DNA from: Bugula neritina
Lineage: Eukaryota; Animalia; Bryozoa
Length of the DNA stretch: 64,000 nt
Reading direction: 5' to 3'
Assembly: GCA_964035545.1 (NCBI GenBank)
Contig: OZ037772.1
Coordinates: forward strand, 5,150,233 to 5,214,232
In this document: in pieces, positions 61,422 through 64,000 of the stretch
Layout: each line of letters starts with the position of its first letter
How positions within the stretch are numbered: the stretch's first letter is position 1
Program-made: the position numbers and the translations under genes
Notes under the pieces: generated by a model
What the model saw: the letters and a program-made list of their open reading frames with translations, nothing else
What the model was told of the DNA's origin: nothing
Databases searched by the model: none

Positions 61422-61849
61422 ATATTGCAACTCCATTTCTCGATCTTCCACCTCCACTATAATATAGTTTAGAACCAATTCCAATGTTTCTCACCTTCCT
61501 CCTAATTTACTATCTGTCCATCACATTTCCTGGAATGCATAGTATGTGTATTTTTCTTCTATTCGTCATATCTGCTACCCCTCTACTTTTCCCGTTAGGG
61601 TCCCTATATAAATTGAGGGATGCCAGTCTCAACTTTGTTTGACTCGCTGATTTTCTTTTCACAGCGTCAATGCATGAGTGCCGCTGTGCATCGCTTCCGG
61701 GGTATACCAAGACATTAACTGTCTCTGTTCTGACTGTCTCCGGCATAATTGTTTTATTATTTATGCTCTTCCTGAGTTCTAACTTCTGTGTTTACTCGCG
61801 GGCATGAGACCGGCTGTCTGCTCCGCTAGTTTGCTGAGTCTTTAGGCCA

Positions 61850-62160
61850 CATGTCAATATTATTTATATTATGTTAATGTTGTCTATATTATGTCAATAT
61901 TATTTATATTACGCGAATATTATCTATCTATATTATGTAAATATCATCTATGTTATATAAATATTATTTATATTATGTTAATGATATCTATATTATGTTA
62001 TTTATTATCTATATTATGTTGATATTATCTATACTATGTGGATATTATCTATATTATGTAGATGTTATCCATGTTATAAAGATGTTAAATTACACTATTG
62101 CAATATTAAATATTTTATTATTATATTATATTATACAATTAGTATTATACTATCTTGAAC
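61850..62160. repeat. ~20-bp AT-rich tandem repeat (tattatctatattatgttaa)
   Basis: Direct inspection. Confidence 0.8.
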
Positions 62161-62790
62161 TAAAATAAGCATCACCCCTGTCTGTAAATTAAAATTCAAT
62201 TGTTAACAGAACGTTGTGTTATTGCTATTCACTATTGAACTAGATTTGCATAACAATATTTTTACAAGCTTTGCGTCATCATTGTTTAGAAAATTTCTCT
62301 AAATGACATTTCCTTTGATAAATAATTTTTTAATTAAATAAAATGTTGTATAATGCACTACACACGTGGTTTTATGTTGGTTTCTCTTGTGCTCATACAC
62401 CATAGTGAGTCTAATTCAACATCAATCTGTAAGTCTCATCATATGTAGTATATATAATATATAGCCATGGTAAACCATATTATTTGCCTTTTTAATTTAA
62501 CTCTTCAGTTTTTCTGCAATTTACTAAACGGAAATGTATATATTATAGATGTTGCATGTGCACTTTAAATGAGTGGCACACATATTGATAAGCTAGTCCA
62601 CTAGTTAAATTGTCACTATATTATACAGCAGTACTACTAAAGATAAAGATGAAAGTAACCTTTTGATTATAGTGATTATAGATTCAGTGAGTATGGATAG
62701 TGGGTGGTTTGATTTTGCATCCACAATTCTGAACTGCAGTGTTAGGTATAATATTTATTAACCTCACAGTTTTGTTATTGTAAAATAATT

Positions 62791-62862
62791 GCCCCTATCG
62801 GGATTCGAACCACAGACCTCCGGCTTGCAAGCAGGCGCGCTAACCAATTACGCTACAGGGGC
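62791..62862 (-). mobile_element. SINE family 1 / tRNA pseudogene (best-preserved cloverleaf)
   Basis: Acceptor stem GCCCCTG/TAGGGGC and D arm pair; anticodon and T stems are imperfect. Confidence 0.7.
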
Positions 62863-63866
62863 TTCGGGATTCCAACCAACAGGCATTGACCTTAAATGCT
62901 ATTTTTAATTATTTTCATTTTTGACGAGTTTATTATAGCTTTGGCCAAGTCAAAAACTATGACCATGTTTATTAGTCACATTTGGTTTAGAATTCAAGGT
63001 CTTAGCACACTTATAGGTTTCTATTTTTATGTCAAATAGGCTGTGGTTTTACTTTATATAAGAATCTCACCGCATTATTGTATGAGAGAATTTCTTGTGT
63101 GCATGATATTTGCTGCCTATCTTGCATTAGATGTACTTCCAAAGATGCAAAATGTAATGTTGCGCCTGGTAGTCTTGACGTAATGACTTGGTAACATTTA
63201 CAATTTCCAACTCAATAAAAGCATAATTTGTCTTATCTTATTTTTTTCAAAGTTTTATCTGAGCAAAGTAAATTTTCATTCATGTTCAGCATTTCATTAA
63301 TTCATTGACTCAATAGAGAACGAAAATTTCAAGAATGCAACAGGCATAATCACTGTTTACTATAAATTTTGTAACAATTTGGAAAAGAATATTAATAAAT
63401 AATTATCATCCAATAATCCTGTCCAATAAATTTTCTGTCATATGGGCTGTGATTTTATTCTATTAATAGTAGCTGTCCTCATGCATTAAAGAAAAAGTCC
63501 ATGCAGTATAATGTAAAGTATGAATCTACGCTATGTACTCATTATTCTCTTTTCTTGATATGATATGGTAGTACTGTGATGTTCTTTATGCTTCATTTGC
63601 TATGCTATCAATTACCACAGGTTGTAGGTTGGCTTCATTAGATTTGAGAGTGTACTGGTTTCAAAAAGCGTGTGTATTGTTGACCACTGAAGACATTAGT
63701 GACGTAAACCGTTGGGTTTATATAAAATAGTTTTAAAGTTGGTTTTGGAAAATAGCTGCCCGAGTAAGAGCTGCGCCATGCAAAATACAGAAAAGCATTA
63801 AATGGCTAAATTAGCTATAAAACTTCAATTAAAGTTGTAATGGTGTGTCTTTGCTGTTTATATATT

Positions 63867-63961
63867 ACTGTAGTGTTGAGTTTACCCAGTGGCCTCTGTG
63901 GTGTAATGGTAGCACACTTGCTTGCAAGCCAGAAGACTTGGGTTCGATTCCCAGTGGGGGC
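63867..63961 (+). mobile_element. SINE family 1
   Basis: Leader plus A/B boxes plus aattattttac tail. Confidence 0.75.
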
Positions 63962-64000
63962 AATTATTTTACAATTACTCTATGTAACAAAAGCTTTAGG

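Larger units (their letters stand above)
55820..61750 (-). mobile_element. RTE-clade LINE fragment (APE endonuclease), split by the Gypsy element (pieces ~61426-61750 and 55820-56249)
   Basis: LRLASLN..RRKIHILCI..YYSG..RNGVAI | PKEW..RVSGRIM..VYA.Q.GC..GDLNGHVG..LANTFF..TYKS..IDY; degenerate. Confidence 0.85.

Noticed and set aside
62791-62862. Functional tRNA gene (Ala/Cys-like)
   Set aside because: 6-nt anticodon loop, mismatched anticodon and T stems, and membership of a dispersed degenerate family.

Overview
AT-rich, intron-containing eukaryotic DNA, probably from an invertebrate animal (inference; no marker gene is present). It holds one intact host gene: six coding exons at 46415-55049 (+), with all five introns GT-AG and phase-compatible, giving about 2193 aa. 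Its architecture is unusual: a long array of extended (~39-aa) ankyrin repeats, a catalytically dead caspase-like domain, an acidic linker, and a chymotrypsin-fold protease domain with Cys in place of the Ser nucleophile (GDCG). Most of the rest is transposon-derived. At 15-31 kb there is a nest: a Gypsy fragment abuts an intron-containing THAP/P-element transposase pseudogene, which is split by a non-autonomous BEL/Pao element. The SAP-gag ORF of that element is interrupted by the 5' part of an R2-type retrotransposon carrying an HDV-like ribozyme remnant. The R2 3' end occurs separately, twice, in a mosaic duplication. At 56-61 kb a Gypsy element with both LTRs but no RT, and with an extra Zn-finger ORF, sits inside an RTE LINE. 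The window also contains tRNA-derived SINEs, hAT and PIF/Harbinger MITEs, and mini/microsatellites. All calls come from motif reading by eye; no database searches were run.
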